Assembly (NCBI RefSeq): GCF_006345805.1
Contig: NC_043002.1
Coordinates: 102,796,001 to 102,860,000, forward strand
Source of the DNA: Octopus sinensis
Taxonomy: Eukaryota
Direction: 5' to 3'
Length of the DNA: 64,000 nucleotides
Below, one piece after another: positions 13,538 through 26,117 of this stretch. Every line of letters begins with the position of its first letter. Within the stretch, counting starts at the first letter, position 1. The translations under genes and the position numbers were made by a program. Under the pieces are notes generated by a model that was not told the origin of the DNA, did not search any database, and was given only the letters and a program-made list of their open reading frames with translations.

Positions 13538-13956
13538 ATAATTCATTTTAAATGTCTTGCTTTGAAAAACTGCATTTGGGTATGATTAGTATAATTTTGG
13601 TAGTAATGACTCTGTCCCTCCTAGTGTGAGGCATTTATGTATAATAATGCCCTCTATACAATATAGATATAATTAATTTGTTCAGAAGAAAAAAATTATT
13701 TTCGGATTCTTTTCTTTTATGAGGTTTTCACGCTAGCTACCTGATAATTTCTTGTTAAGATCCCTTATTAAGAGATTATCCTTAATTGTTAAACTTATTC
13801 CGAAATACTTTTCATTACCCGACATGCAGTTCGTAAAAAGCCCGCCATTTACCGGATATATGATTTATAAACATTCCATGTGCTTGGCCGGAGTGAGCAG
13901 TTGTCTGTTCGTCTTCGCTACGTAAGGTTAGTTTATTTATGATGTATTCAGAATCA

Positions 13957-14011
13957 GTTCTGCTGACGATCATTAGACGCAAGTTGTATGTGAATCACGG
14001 TGATACAGAAC
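13957..14011 (+). ncRNA. Type I hammerhead, inverted-arm copy with GAAA reduced to GAA
   Basis: Same motif lacking one A; either a real inactivating mutation or a homopolymer sequencing error. Confidence 0.45.
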
Positions 14012-14148
14012 ATAATTCATTTTTAAATGTCTTGCTTTGAAAAACTGCATTTGGGTATGATTAGTATAATTTTGGTAGTAATGACTCTGTCCCTCCTAGT
14101 GTGAGGCATTTATGTATAATAATGCCCTCTATACAATATATATATATC

Positions 14149-14219
<71 letters not shown>

Positions 14220-17200
14220 TTAAATATCTGCGACTGCATACATACGTGCGTATATGTATCTGAATTGTATGCATCTATGTACACGGTGTATTTTTTATGT
14301 AACACTATGTTTATCGTTTTGTCTTCCTACATACGTAGGAAAAGTGTGTATAAATATAAAAAAATTGTAATTTGATGCGTAGTAAAACTGCTCGTAGAAT
14401 GAAGCGCATACTAATAAATAGTCTGCATTCTTTTATTGTCAAGATGTATAAAGAGAATCTCGGATAGGATATCTGCGATTTATATAAGTGCTGGTTATCT
14501 TGGTTTTGCTTGTTACTGCGTATTTAGCGATATATACTTAGTGATTGGTACATCTGTCGAGAAGAGGATGTGAACATAAACCTATGATATGTATATTCTT
14601 TCCTCGTTTCGTTCATTTTGTCTTTTCAGACTCAATTCAAATACCAAGAGAGTAAAACAGCAAATAGAAGTCAACTAAACTAGGAATAATGAGACGGTTA
14701 TCAGCTGACATGCGGAAGCAATCATTTTGTATTCCAGGGTAAAAAAAAAAATAGCGTATATAAATAGGAAAACATACTTAATGAGAGAATTTGGAAAATG
14801 GGAAAAAAGTAAAGATGATATGTAAAAATGGATTCATCGTCAATGTCTTAGCAGAAACCTGTACTTGTGAAAGTACATAGTTCTTGAATCTACTTGAAAA
14901 GTATCTTGGTTCTTTTTGTTTGCTCTTTTTTTGTTAACCAGCATAAGCGGTAAATTATTCTACATCGGTAGGATTTGAACTCACAAAAGAAAATAATTTA
15001 GAATATCTTAAATGAAAGCAGATGGAAATCACGTAATAAGGTATATCATGGAACATAAAATAGAAGAAAACAATTGATAGTATAAGGGAGAAAGAAGGGG
15101 AACAGAGTGAATGTAAGAGAGAATAGATAAAGAAAGAAAAACGAGAAAATGCGGTTAATTTTAAGCAAGCGTTCGTTGATAGTTCGTATAATTTCTTTTG
15201 GTGAAGACCTGTATTAATTTAACGGAGCAAATAGACGGTTTCAGGTAAAGATATTGGTTGCAGAAAAGCGGGAGCCAGCAGGAATATTTCAACGTAAACA
15301 AAGACTAGCTTAGGCTGAGTTCCATTAGACAAGTCAGCCTGATGCCAAACGCTGATTATATGTTTCCAAAGAAAAACTGTTGGATGTTTTCCAACTCTGC
15401 AGTCTATCTTATTATTGGAGAGAAACTCTTCAAACAGGCATTGCTTCATTACAGAGTAAAGTTAGGAAGTTGATTTGAGGGTGGTGAATGTATTTTACCC
15501 CTGACACTTCCATAGTTATTTTCATAAAAAGAGGCTCCGGGCGGGGTTGGCTTCTAAGAATCATTTGGGGCTACAGATGAAGGTGAGTATAGTAATTAGT
15601 TAAAACAAGATGCTTGTTAAAATATCACTTCTCTCTGTACCAAAGTATAGTCAGTGTCTCTAAATTTCTAAAAGGTTGCAATTTATCAAACGTAGCCTGA
15701 ACAAATTTCATTCTATTTCTCTTGCAACATTGAATACACTTCAGTTAATAAATATTCTTCTATTTCACACCATAATAACTTTTATTATCAACGTTCGTTT
15801 TCTCTTTACAACACGGAGTACTGCATAGACGTTTATAAATTACTATTTCATTATTAGATACTTTATATAAGATTTTACCAAGGAATTGTATGTCCTTCAT
15901 ACCTTCTGTCTAAGTATATACGAAGACAGAACTCCTAAAACCCGTATTCCAGTGTCTCAGCTTTTTTTTTTTGTCTAATATACAATCCGTTCCTTCTTAC
16001 GTCACAAAAAAGTAACGGAATTCTTCGAATGTAGTACCACTGATCATATAGCGCCATCTGAGTTGGAGATAGGATTTTCAATAACAAAAATTTTGCAACA
16101 ATGTATAAGAATACTTGGTGGATTTGCAGATTTAAGAATGAATGTCGGATTCACAGTATCGATGAGATCGAACTACCTAGTTTATTAATTTGTGTACAAG
16201 TCATATATATCGGAATATAAATAGATCATTCACTTCACATAAAAATGTGGAGTTGACTATATTCTGTATAAGATATACAACGGCTGAAAATAAGAATCTA
16301 CATAGCTTTCCAACATGCAACCACAAAACCGACCAGATATTAGCAGCTACATTTGTCCGTTTCTCACTCGGAATCACTTTAAAATAGGAAGGACACGGTA
16401 CGGGGTGTAGGGCATAAAATGATAGTAGCTATAATTTCTTTCAGACTGGAGTGTCTGAGGTATTAATGTGATATTTGAGAAAGCCGAATAATGCTGGTGG
16501 GTCACCTAAGTAGATCAAGTTAAATCCTGATCAAGATATACCCTGGTTTGACTAATCTTACAGTTTCACTGCGAGTCGCAGTCAGTAACTCTCATTTCAA
16601 TCGTGCACCCGGATCAGAAACTGAAAGGCAGTCAAATCGACCTGTTTAGATTGTACCCACTTAAAACTATCCTTACCTGCTGACTAAAGAGTTTCCTTAC
16701 CTAAAGGATTCCTTATTTGTGTATTACACCGCCTGGCATTTCTGAGAAATTGTTTTCTTGTCAAGAATCTCCCAATGATTATGCAAGTTTAACACAATTT
16801 CTATATGACACATGTTTGGTTATTCGACACATGGTTGACGGTCAAATTCTGTACGGTTAACAGCATGTGGAAGCTGATTCAGCCAAGTTACCCGGGTTTT
16901 CTTTATTAGGAATTGAAATGCAAAAATGTTCGAATTGCTCTTCTTTCATTCTTCGCTCGCAAAATATATGTTTCGCAACGTTCTTTTCAGTTGTGCGTAC
17001 GTGCGCTTGAGTTTGTGCTTGTGTTGGTGTGCGTTTGGAGGGGTCAGTGTGCATGTTTGCGTCTGTGTATACACGCGCAGACGTGTACGTGTTGGGGAGG
17101 CGTACTATTTCTGTCCTGGTGAACATTAGAATGTCTGGTCTTAAAATATAGTCATATGGCTTCTTCTGAGAGATAGAGATATTCACAAGAACATGGGAAT

Positions 17201-18494
17201 CTCCCACGGTCGAGCATCCATAATTGACGAGACCAACAGTAAGGAAGCTCGAAACCACGTGACTTGGTGGTCTCGGCTCTAGAGGTAGCGGGGTTTTATC
17301 CCTCGCTAGCGATATACACAAGAGTGCATTTTGTACCAAAAGCTAATATGAGAGCTTCTCTCTTGCTAACTACTGCACTAAAGTTTCTTTTAACAGAACT
17401 TCCACGTTTCCGCGGGTATAAATATTACCTCAACAATAAGACACATTCAAAAAACGAACTCAGGTTCGTTTATCACAGCTATGCTGAATGAGCTTAAAGA
17501 TGGTTTCGCTTCTGGCTTCGATATCAAGTAAAGCTGGGCGACTGGTGACTGGCTATGCTTTGGGCGATTGTGAGAGCTTTACTGATTCTTCCACTTGCAT
17601 GTTTTGCAGCGCTATAAGAGGTTGTGGCTGTATGACTGGGTGTGACGTTGTAGTCGGTTTCATAGAATCACAGATGCTGTTTCTGTTAAGGTTTTTGTTG
17701 ATGTTTCTTGCATCATCAGTATCAACAGCCGTATTTGGGATGAGTTTGTTTAGTTTCATTCAATGTTCCAGTGATGGAATGTTGCATTTAATACTGTCAT
17801 CTTTACATACAACGCCTTTCCATTAGTAATTCTGACTGTGTTTGGAATAATTTGTTAGGAAATATTTTCCTCAAACATGTTCGATTCCTTATTGAAATGG
17901 GGAAACATCACGATTCACTCTTCAGCAGAAACAGCGAAAGCAGCAGCAGCAACAGCAGCAACAACAACAGCAGCAGCAGCAGTAACAAGAGTGAGAAATT
18001 GTGACACATATAACACAACATCAATAACAAATAAAACAGCACAACAAATAAAAAGATAACAATAATAATCATCAGAGCAGCAGAGAAAACCAATAATAAT
18101 AACAACAGCGATGACAGTAAGTAAAGTGTCAGATGGCACAAAAAACATTTATGGATATTTCGGATAACGGAGTAAATTAATAGCTAAAGTGAGCGAGGAA
18201 ATAATAATAATAAAATGGTAAACAAAACACAGCTATAAACTGCATGTGCAATCAAACCTTTAGAAATGAACCGAGAAATTGTAATTTTAACACAAGCCCT
18301 ACAAAGTCCCTTATCTCTTAAAAAGATCTGTATATCTACTTTACTCTATGGCTTCGTATTGCCAATTCTTGCTTCTATCTAGTCTTTAAAAATTGTCAAC
18401 AGCATCCAATACATACATACATACATACATACATACATACATACATACATACATACATACATACATACATTCATATATAGATATATATGTTATG

Positions 18495-18532
<38 letters not shown>

Positions 18533-18879
18533 TCTATATATATATATATATGTATATATGTACACATGCATTATGTATGTATGTATGCAAGTCAATAGCC
18601 TCACATACGCACATATATGTGCATACATATACATACATGTGTATGTGTACGTATATGAATATATGTGAGTGTGTGGGTGTATATGTGTGTGTGTTGTTGC
18701 TTGCATGAATATATATATATATATACATACATGGTTATATTTCATGCATGTGTAAGTCATTATTTTTAATAGGATACAGGAGGGGAGGTTATGTAACGAA
18801 TATATGTTTTACATATATATTCGTTTATGCATTCATAAAATTCATTTAATATATTCGTTTTTGTCATCATTGTTATTGA

Positions 18880-18928
<49 letters not shown>

Positions 18929-20619
18929 TGTTGAAATTTCTTTTCGTTCTTATACTCTCTTGTGAGACATCCTCAAATAGAAATGATCAAGCAAGGAGAT
19001 AGTAGGATATTTTTATATTATGTTCATCGGTTTTGCGTCACAACCCAGGCAAATAGAAAGAGATAATGAATAATTTTATCAGCACGAGCTTGTGATAAAT
19101 GTGAAGGTTGTATAGCGACCTTTAAATAGAGAATATATATACGCGTATATGTGTGTATGAGTGTGAGTGTGTATGAGTGTATGTGTGTGTAGTACTATCT
19201 ACGTTATATTGCTTAGCTAAAGAAATATATGCCTTGATATACTTTCAGAAATGGATACAAACATCTATGTATACTGCTATAGAGTGATATCTACATATCA
19301 AGCACAAATATTTGCATTTAATATGTACTGTAAATATGATTATATACACACATGAACACATACTTGCATACTTCCTTACACACACACTTACATATTTGCA
19401 TACACACGTATATATGCAGATATTTATGTGCATTACTTAAAATGGCGAAGCTGAAGTAATTACTAAATAATTTTGAATACCATGTATGGGAAATATTCGT
19501 ATGTGAAAATGTATATGTTCTTCAGTTCGCTTGTCTATGGAGTTGTCTGTCTTTGAGTCTGTGTGTGGTGAGTGATATATTATGTATACGTGTGTGTGAA
19601 CATATGTATGTTTGTGTGAACGTATGTATGTGTGTGTTTTTATGTTTCTGAGTGTGTGTGTCGGGTGGGGGCGTGTGTGCTTGTGTGTATGAAATATAAA
19701 CGATATTTTTCCATTTCAGACTTCTCTCGTTGCATTAAAATTGATGACATTTCGAAATTACCCATCTCTGTTCTATAGTATATTAGTATTATATTTCACA
19801 AAATTCAATTATTTATTTAAAATAACGTGGAATCAATGAATTAAACGAACAGAATGACACGTATATTGGGTATTAATCTTATTAATCAAATTCTGTCGGT
19901 ATTTATAACTTCACAAATATACGGCTTAATAATGATTTACACACCACTGAAAACAAACTATTATCAATAACAAAATATTTTAGTGAAAATCAAAAAGGTA
20001 TCGGCAACAACTCCTGACATTATTCGCTTAGCATCAACACCTGGTTTTTGGCACCTTCAGCGGATATAAATCATGTACAAATATTCGGATCATGTCTGCT
20101 GTTACAGTAAGAGTAACACTCCAGGCTTTCCTTCATGGTATTAGACTTGGATATTCAATCGATTTCTGTGAGCTTTTCTTTGAGAGAACTCAAGGAAAGT
20201 CCCATTTAGCAGATAGTTCCTCCCACTCATTCCTTCGAAAATTGCTATTAAATTGTGGTTTTGGCCACTTTTGGCTGCTTCTTCCAGCATGTAAAAATTA
20301 CCTGTCAAAGGGTAATTTTCTTTTGTGTTTAAATGTACACTATTTTAAAATATGAATATGTTGTCTATTGACTATTTATACATGCTAGGCCACTGGTGGT
20401 AATATTTATAACGAATATTCGCTACCCTGTATATGTATCTTAGGTATATATACATATATGTATATCTATATATACATATATGTATATCTATATATACATA
20501 TATGTATGTATAAATGACACAGAGATACACGTAAGAATATACGCTGCGTTCCGCGCTGACAGAAGGGAAAGAGGTGACGGTGGAGTCACGTTGTAGATTC
20601 ATGAAGACTTCACACCACT

Positions 20620-21105
20620 AACCCTGTGCATTTAATGAAACTGATGTGGTAATATGCATTGTGTATTGGCCACATGATGCCTCACGTGACGATGATGTAT
20701 TCGAGGAAAATGTTACAATCATAAATCAAGTACTAACAAAAGTGGATCAAAGTGTTAATATACTCCTGATTGCTCACTTCAACTTCAAATGGCCCAAATG
20801 ACTTCATAATTTCAGGAATGACATGCAAAGACCGGTACCAAGCAGAGGTTATACTTGACTGCACAGAAATGCTTTTCTTGGAACAAAATATACTCTCCCT
20901 ATTAGGGAATGCAAACATTAGACATGTTTCAACAATAAGGTAGGTCTTTCTATGACGTAAAGATTACACCGACAATCTTCTCACATCACAGCATGGTAGA
21001 ACTGACCATGTATGATCCAAAACTAATTACTGGTGGATGACACACAAATGGCACCCGAAATCTCTAGTCGAAAATTCTACAAGGCTGACCGTGTTCACCA
21101 AAGAA
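20620..21105 (+). mobile_element. Decayed CR1-type LINE, apurinic endonuclease fragment
   Basis: VICIVYWP...NILLIAHFNF (cf. LL.GDFN)...QAEVILDCTEMLFLEQ...TIFSHHSMVEL (cf. SDH), with stops and frameshifts. Confidence 0.55.
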
Positions 21106-21174
21106 ATCACTTGTGTACTATCATTATCATTATTGTTGTTATTATTATCATAACACAGCAAAAGATAAAGGGAA

Positions 21175-21206
<32 letters not shown>

Positions 21207-21211
21207 TGATG

Positions 21212-21780
<569 letters not shown>

Positions 21781-22186
21781 GGCGCAGGAGTGGCTGTGTG
21801 GTAAGCAGCTTGCTAACCAACCACATGGTTCGGGTTCAGTCCCACTACGTGGTATCTTGGGAAAGGGTCTTCTGCTATAGTCCCGGGCCGACCAATGTCT
21901 TGTGAGTGGATTTGGTAGACGGAAACTGAAAGAAGCCTGTCGTATATATGTATATATATATGTATGTGTGTGTGTGTTTGTGTGTCTGTGTTTGTCCCCC
22001 TAACATTGCTTGACAACCGATGCTGATGTGTTTACGTCCCCGTTACTTAGCGGTTCGGTAAAAGGGACCGATAGAATAAGTACTGGGCTTACAAAGAATA
22101 AGTCCCGGGGTCGATTTGTTCGACTAAAGGCGGTGCTGCAGCATGGCCGCAGTCAAATAACTGAAACAAGTAAAAGAGTAAAAGAG

Positions 22187-22188
<2 letters not shown>
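21781..22188 (+). mobile_element. tRNA-headed SINE, family A, tandem duplicate
   Basis: Nearly identical to 21275-21678 with a 506-bp period. Confidence 0.85.
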
Positions 22189-22254
<66 letters not shown>

Positions 22255-22255
<1 letters not shown>

Positions 22256-23670
22256 TGCGGAGCGGCCTTGCTACCTACCGCCTATGTTACGATGTTATAT
22301 ATTTTTGTCAGCTGTCTAATACTTTGATGATTATTCTGGCCGTTCCAAAAAGGCATACCTTTTGTAACAGTTCTGCTGGGCACTCTATTCCAATTACGTT
22401 TATATTCCCCTTGATGCCTCCTGATACCGTACTCAATGACCCAACAATAATTGTCACTATCTTCACCTTGTTCATTATCCATAGCTGTGCTACTTCCTAC
22501 TTAAGAATGTTGTATCTATCTATCTTTCTGCCTTTCCTCTTGACTATTCGAGGGTCAAAGGGGCATGCAACATCAACTATATAGCATACGTGGTGCACCT
22601 TGCCCGCCTCCTTTGTTCCGGTCTGTTATACCCCAGCATCTGATGTTTTGAGATTGGGAAACCCCAGAGGATTTTGCTAGTCTCCGACTCTTCCAGTCTC
22701 TACGTTTTGTACTCATACAACTTCTTGTCTCTCTCTAGCCCCCACTTTTTGCACAGTTTCCAATATAGCACATTCGCTACCTGGCCATGTAACCACAACC
22801 TGTAGATGTTTTGAGCAAGTCTAGGGCATTCGTTCGGGATATGGGCAATAGTTTCTCCACTCTATTGCAGATGCGGCACGGTGGGGACATTTGCTCATTC
22901 CTCTGGTTGACCCGCCAGTTTAGTGCTCCTTTTGCAGGTTTCCTTTCATCAGTTAATCCTATCAAACTTTTCAAGCAACTTCTGTTGTAATTACATGGAA
23001 TTGATTGTGTAGTCCCTTCTTCCTTAATTCTTCTTCGTACTTTTGTACTTCTTCCTTTGTCTTCCTTTTTTTTTCTTTGCTCTCATTGCTCCCTAATTCC
23101 TAACTCTCACTAGCAAGATTTCCTGACTTTGGGCTACGTATCTCGTAAAGTTCTCGAGTTCGATACGTACGCTATCTTCCACACTTATCTTCCAATTGCT
23201 CTCTTCATGTATAAGCCATCAGTGTCTGCACGTGGATGATGGTCTCCATGCATCATTAGGAGCTTTCTTGACATCTCGTCCATCTCCTTTCCTTCTTCCT
23301 CTGTCCACTTCAGGATTCCAGCGCCATACCGAACTACTGCAACTGTGAGCGAATTTATTGCTGAAATAATGCTTTTTGGCATTCAACCTTGATGCCAATA
23401 TTTTACTCACACGTCGCAGGTGCTCTCTGTCCTCTTTTCATTCATGCGTCTCATGTATTCTCAGTATTTATAGCTGGATTGAGGTTGAATTGCCTTCATC
23501 AATTCACCACTTGGCAAATATTCCTCGTCTTATCATCATCGTAGCATGCTTGAGAGTCCAAACTACATCTTAATATAATTGGAGAAAATCCGGACAAAGT
23601 GGACTACGCTGTCCAATTCTTCCTCAGATGGTTCAGTTTTCTCTTACCTCTTTCCGTTGCCGTCTCCCAG
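22255..23670 (-). mobile_element. Decayed R4/Dong-like LINE (end of RT through RLE)
   Basis: KLNHL.., AINSLTVAVVRYGAGILKW..HHPRAD, CRIC, TIIVGSLSTVSGG..LLQKVCLFGTARII in broken frames; trinucleotide runs at both ends. Confidence 0.75.
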
Positions 23671-23680
23671 ATTATTATTA

Positions 23681-23736
<56 letters not shown>

Positions 23737-24440
23737 ATTAATATTATCATCGTTATATGATAACTCACAGTTTATATTGATCGGTATGATGGAAAGTGTC
23801 AACTGACCACAGCCAGCAGACTAAAGTGACACATTTTTTTTATTGATCATGTTATTATTAATAACATAGTGTTATTATCATTATTATCATTTGTTTTAAT
23901 TGTAGAACGTTAAATGTTTAATTCGTAATTTCCCGTGTTGCAGACAACAATATTAATTTATAGAAAATTATGAAATTTTATTAAACATTCATACATACAA
24001 TTCTGGGAACCTGATTGAATACGTAGACATTTCCTCCTTTTAAAACTGTTTCTATAACGTTTCGGTGTATATATGTACTTTCAATATAATTTGTCAGTTG
24101 GAAAGCTTTTCAACATTCACACGAACACTCGTAGACACTCAGACAAACACCTCACACTGACACACGTGCACACATTTTGTGAAAACAAATTTATAGTTGA
24201 AAATAAAAGGTGCGTTAATGTATATAAGGCAAATATTGTTCAAAATAATCTTTGTTATTTTATTTTTCACTCCTATTGAAAATGATTCTACAGTATAATG
24301 TCTGATGCTTAGTTGGTCAGTTCTTAAATGATAGTAGTAATGTATATGCTATTTAAAGTAGTCTGAAACCTGATACCAGCTGAAATGATCAGGTTAATTT
24401 GCAAGTCTTCGATTAATCGGTGATGTAATTCAATGAATCC

Positions 24441-24779
24441 GGAGACCCCCTTCGGTCACGACACAGACCATGGGATTGCACCTAGAAAGTTACCCTCCTA
24501 GACACAAGTCCGGGCGAGGTTGTTTATGGAAGAGCAGCAGTCGCCCATGCATACCAGCCTCCCCTCTCCACGCAACCAGTGTTATCCAAGGGAAAGACAA
24601 AGGTCGATACAGCTTGGCACCTGTGACGTCGCAACTCATTTCTACAGCTGAGTGAACTGGAGCAACGTGAAATAAAGTGTCTTGCTCAAGAACACAACAC
24701 GCAGCCCGGTCCGGGATTCGAGCTCACAACCTCAGGTTCGTAAGCTCGGCGCTCTAACCACTGAGCCATGCGCCTTCAC
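24441..24779 (-). mobile_element. tRNA-headed SINE, family B
   Basis: Head GGCGCATGGCTCAGTGGTTAGAGCG...TCGAATCCC with box A and box B, followed by ttcttgagcaagacactttatttcacgttgctccag, shared with 60113. Confidence 0.8.
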
Positions 24780-24849
24780 AGTGTCGTACAAAATTTATTC
24801 ACAGTGTCGTACAAAATTTAAGAATAATTAAATATAACTTCCTTACAGC

Positions 24850-25045
24850 TTATGAACCTTCACTGTCTCAATTAAAGTCAAACGCTGTTCTGAAGAAAAT
24901 CATAGAACCACTCTCGTAGTTTCCCAGTAATACCAAAGTTTCGTGGTTTGTAACATACCATGTCATGATCAAGCTTGTGGAAGGCCTTGGCAAAGTCGAA
25001 GTATATCCTTTCTATAGCTGACTGGTTTAGCTGTTGAGTACCCAG
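24850..25045 (-). mobile_element. CR1-type LINE RT fragment
   Basis: IYFDFAKAFHKLDHDMVCYKPRNFGITGKLREWFYDFL, matching the YLDFAKAFDKVDH..GI.GKL..W..FL region. Confidence 0.7.
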
Positions 25046-25435
25046 TCAAAGTGCTGCAGCTGCTGTGTGAGAAAATGGAAAGTAACCGTGGGCGATTGGT
25101 TTGTAGGTATATATGGATGGAGATAGGAGCGGGGCGTGAGTTGGAATGAGAGAGATTAGATAATATTTGTGTGGTACAGAGAGAGAGTTAAATGAATGAG
25201 TGGGAAAAGGATATATATTTTGAGAAGGTGAAAGAAAAGGGTAGAGAAGCACGTTGATTATAGTATAAAGAGAGAGTGAGAGAGAGCAATAGAGAGAGAG
25301 AGAGAGGAGGTATCGCTAGTGTGTGTGTGTGTGTGAAGATTTAAATATATTTGTAAATAAGAGCAAAGTGACGAAAAGAAAAGAAAGTTCTATGATATAT
25401 ATATATATATATTATATATATATATATATATATAT

Positions 25436-25708
25436 GGTTATCCGTAATAATGAAGGGTGAAATTAATTAATTTGGAATAATTATCAATTACACCAAGTAG
25501 TCTTCGGCATGTAAAAGCCTCATTCGAGGAAAATTTAAGTAATACTAAGCAATAAAGGTTTAGCAACGAATTGCCTTACCACATACCGAATTTAGAAATA
25601 GCAGTCAAAGAGTTATAGCTATTTCTTCTAAATAGCTATAACTCTTTGACTGCTATTTCTAAATTCGGTATGTGGTAAGGCAATTCGTTGCTAAACCCTT
25701 ATTGCTTA

Positions 25709-25711
<3 letters not shown>
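25436..25711. mobile_element. Snap-back repeat family, copy with 82-bp-arm hairpin
   Basis: Arms 25543-25624 and 25630-25711, loop CTTCT, one mismatch; embedded in (TA)n. Confidence 0.8.
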
Positions 25712-25775
<64 letters not shown>

Positions 25776-25777
<2 letters not shown>

Positions 25778-26049
25778 TTATCCGTAATAATGAAGGGTGA
25801 AATTAATTAATTTGGAATAATTATCAATTACACCAAGTAGTCTTCGGCATGTAAAAGCCTCATTCGAGGAAAATTTAAGTAATACTAAGCAATAAAGGTT
25901 TAGCAACGAATTGCCTTACCACATACCGAATTTAGAAATAGCAGTCAAAGAGTTATAGCTATTTCTTCTAAATAGCTATAACTCTTTGACTGCTATTTCT
26001 AAATTCGGTATGTGGTAAGGCAATTCGTTGCTAAACCCTTTATTGCTTA

Positions 26050-26051
<2 letters not shown>
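25776..26051. mobile_element. Snap-back repeat family, tandem duplicate
   Basis: Near-identical to 25436-25711 with a 340-bp period. Confidence 0.8.

Positions 26052-26117
<66 letters not shown>

Larger units (their letters stand above)
10811..14137. repeat. Tandem array of a ~472-bp hammerhead-containing unit: 4.7 units, then 2.3 inverted units (retrozyme-like)
   Basis: Unit starts at 10811, 11281, 11752, 12226 and 12698; orientation switches at 13030/13031; (TA)n at both outer ends; no convincing ORF. Confidence 0.95.

Noticed and set aside
11972-13546. Repeated ORF MNYVLYHRDFTYNLRL... in the 472-bp unit
   Set aside because: Short, with no recognisable domain, disrupted differently between units, and antisense to the hammerhead. 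A weak SEILFITRH likeness to PLE C-termini on the other strand was too poor to call.
10811-14137. CRISPR-like or prokaryotic repeat interpretation of the tandem array
   Set aside because: Whole 472-bp units repeat with no unique spacers, and the context is eukaryotic.
17480-17830. Possible terminal exon on the minus strand (RITNGKALYVKMTVLNATFHHWNIE*)
   Set aside because: Weak acceptor, no recognisable family and no partner exons found.
24700-24779. tRNA-like sequence (also 21275 and 60113)
   Set aside because: Box A/B heads continue into SINE bodies with no complete cloverleaf; they are not tRNA genes.
24776-24822. 23-bp direct repeat TTCACAGTGTCGTACAAAATTTA beside a SINE head
   Set aside because: Both copies lie on the same side of the SINE, so it is a small local duplication, not a target-site duplication.
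25481-25536. Hammerhead-like string CGAATGA-GGC-ttttacat-GCC-GAAGAC in the snap-back family
   Set aside because: Core is not CUGANGA, there is no NUH triplet or stem I, and the 10640 copy is even less compatible.
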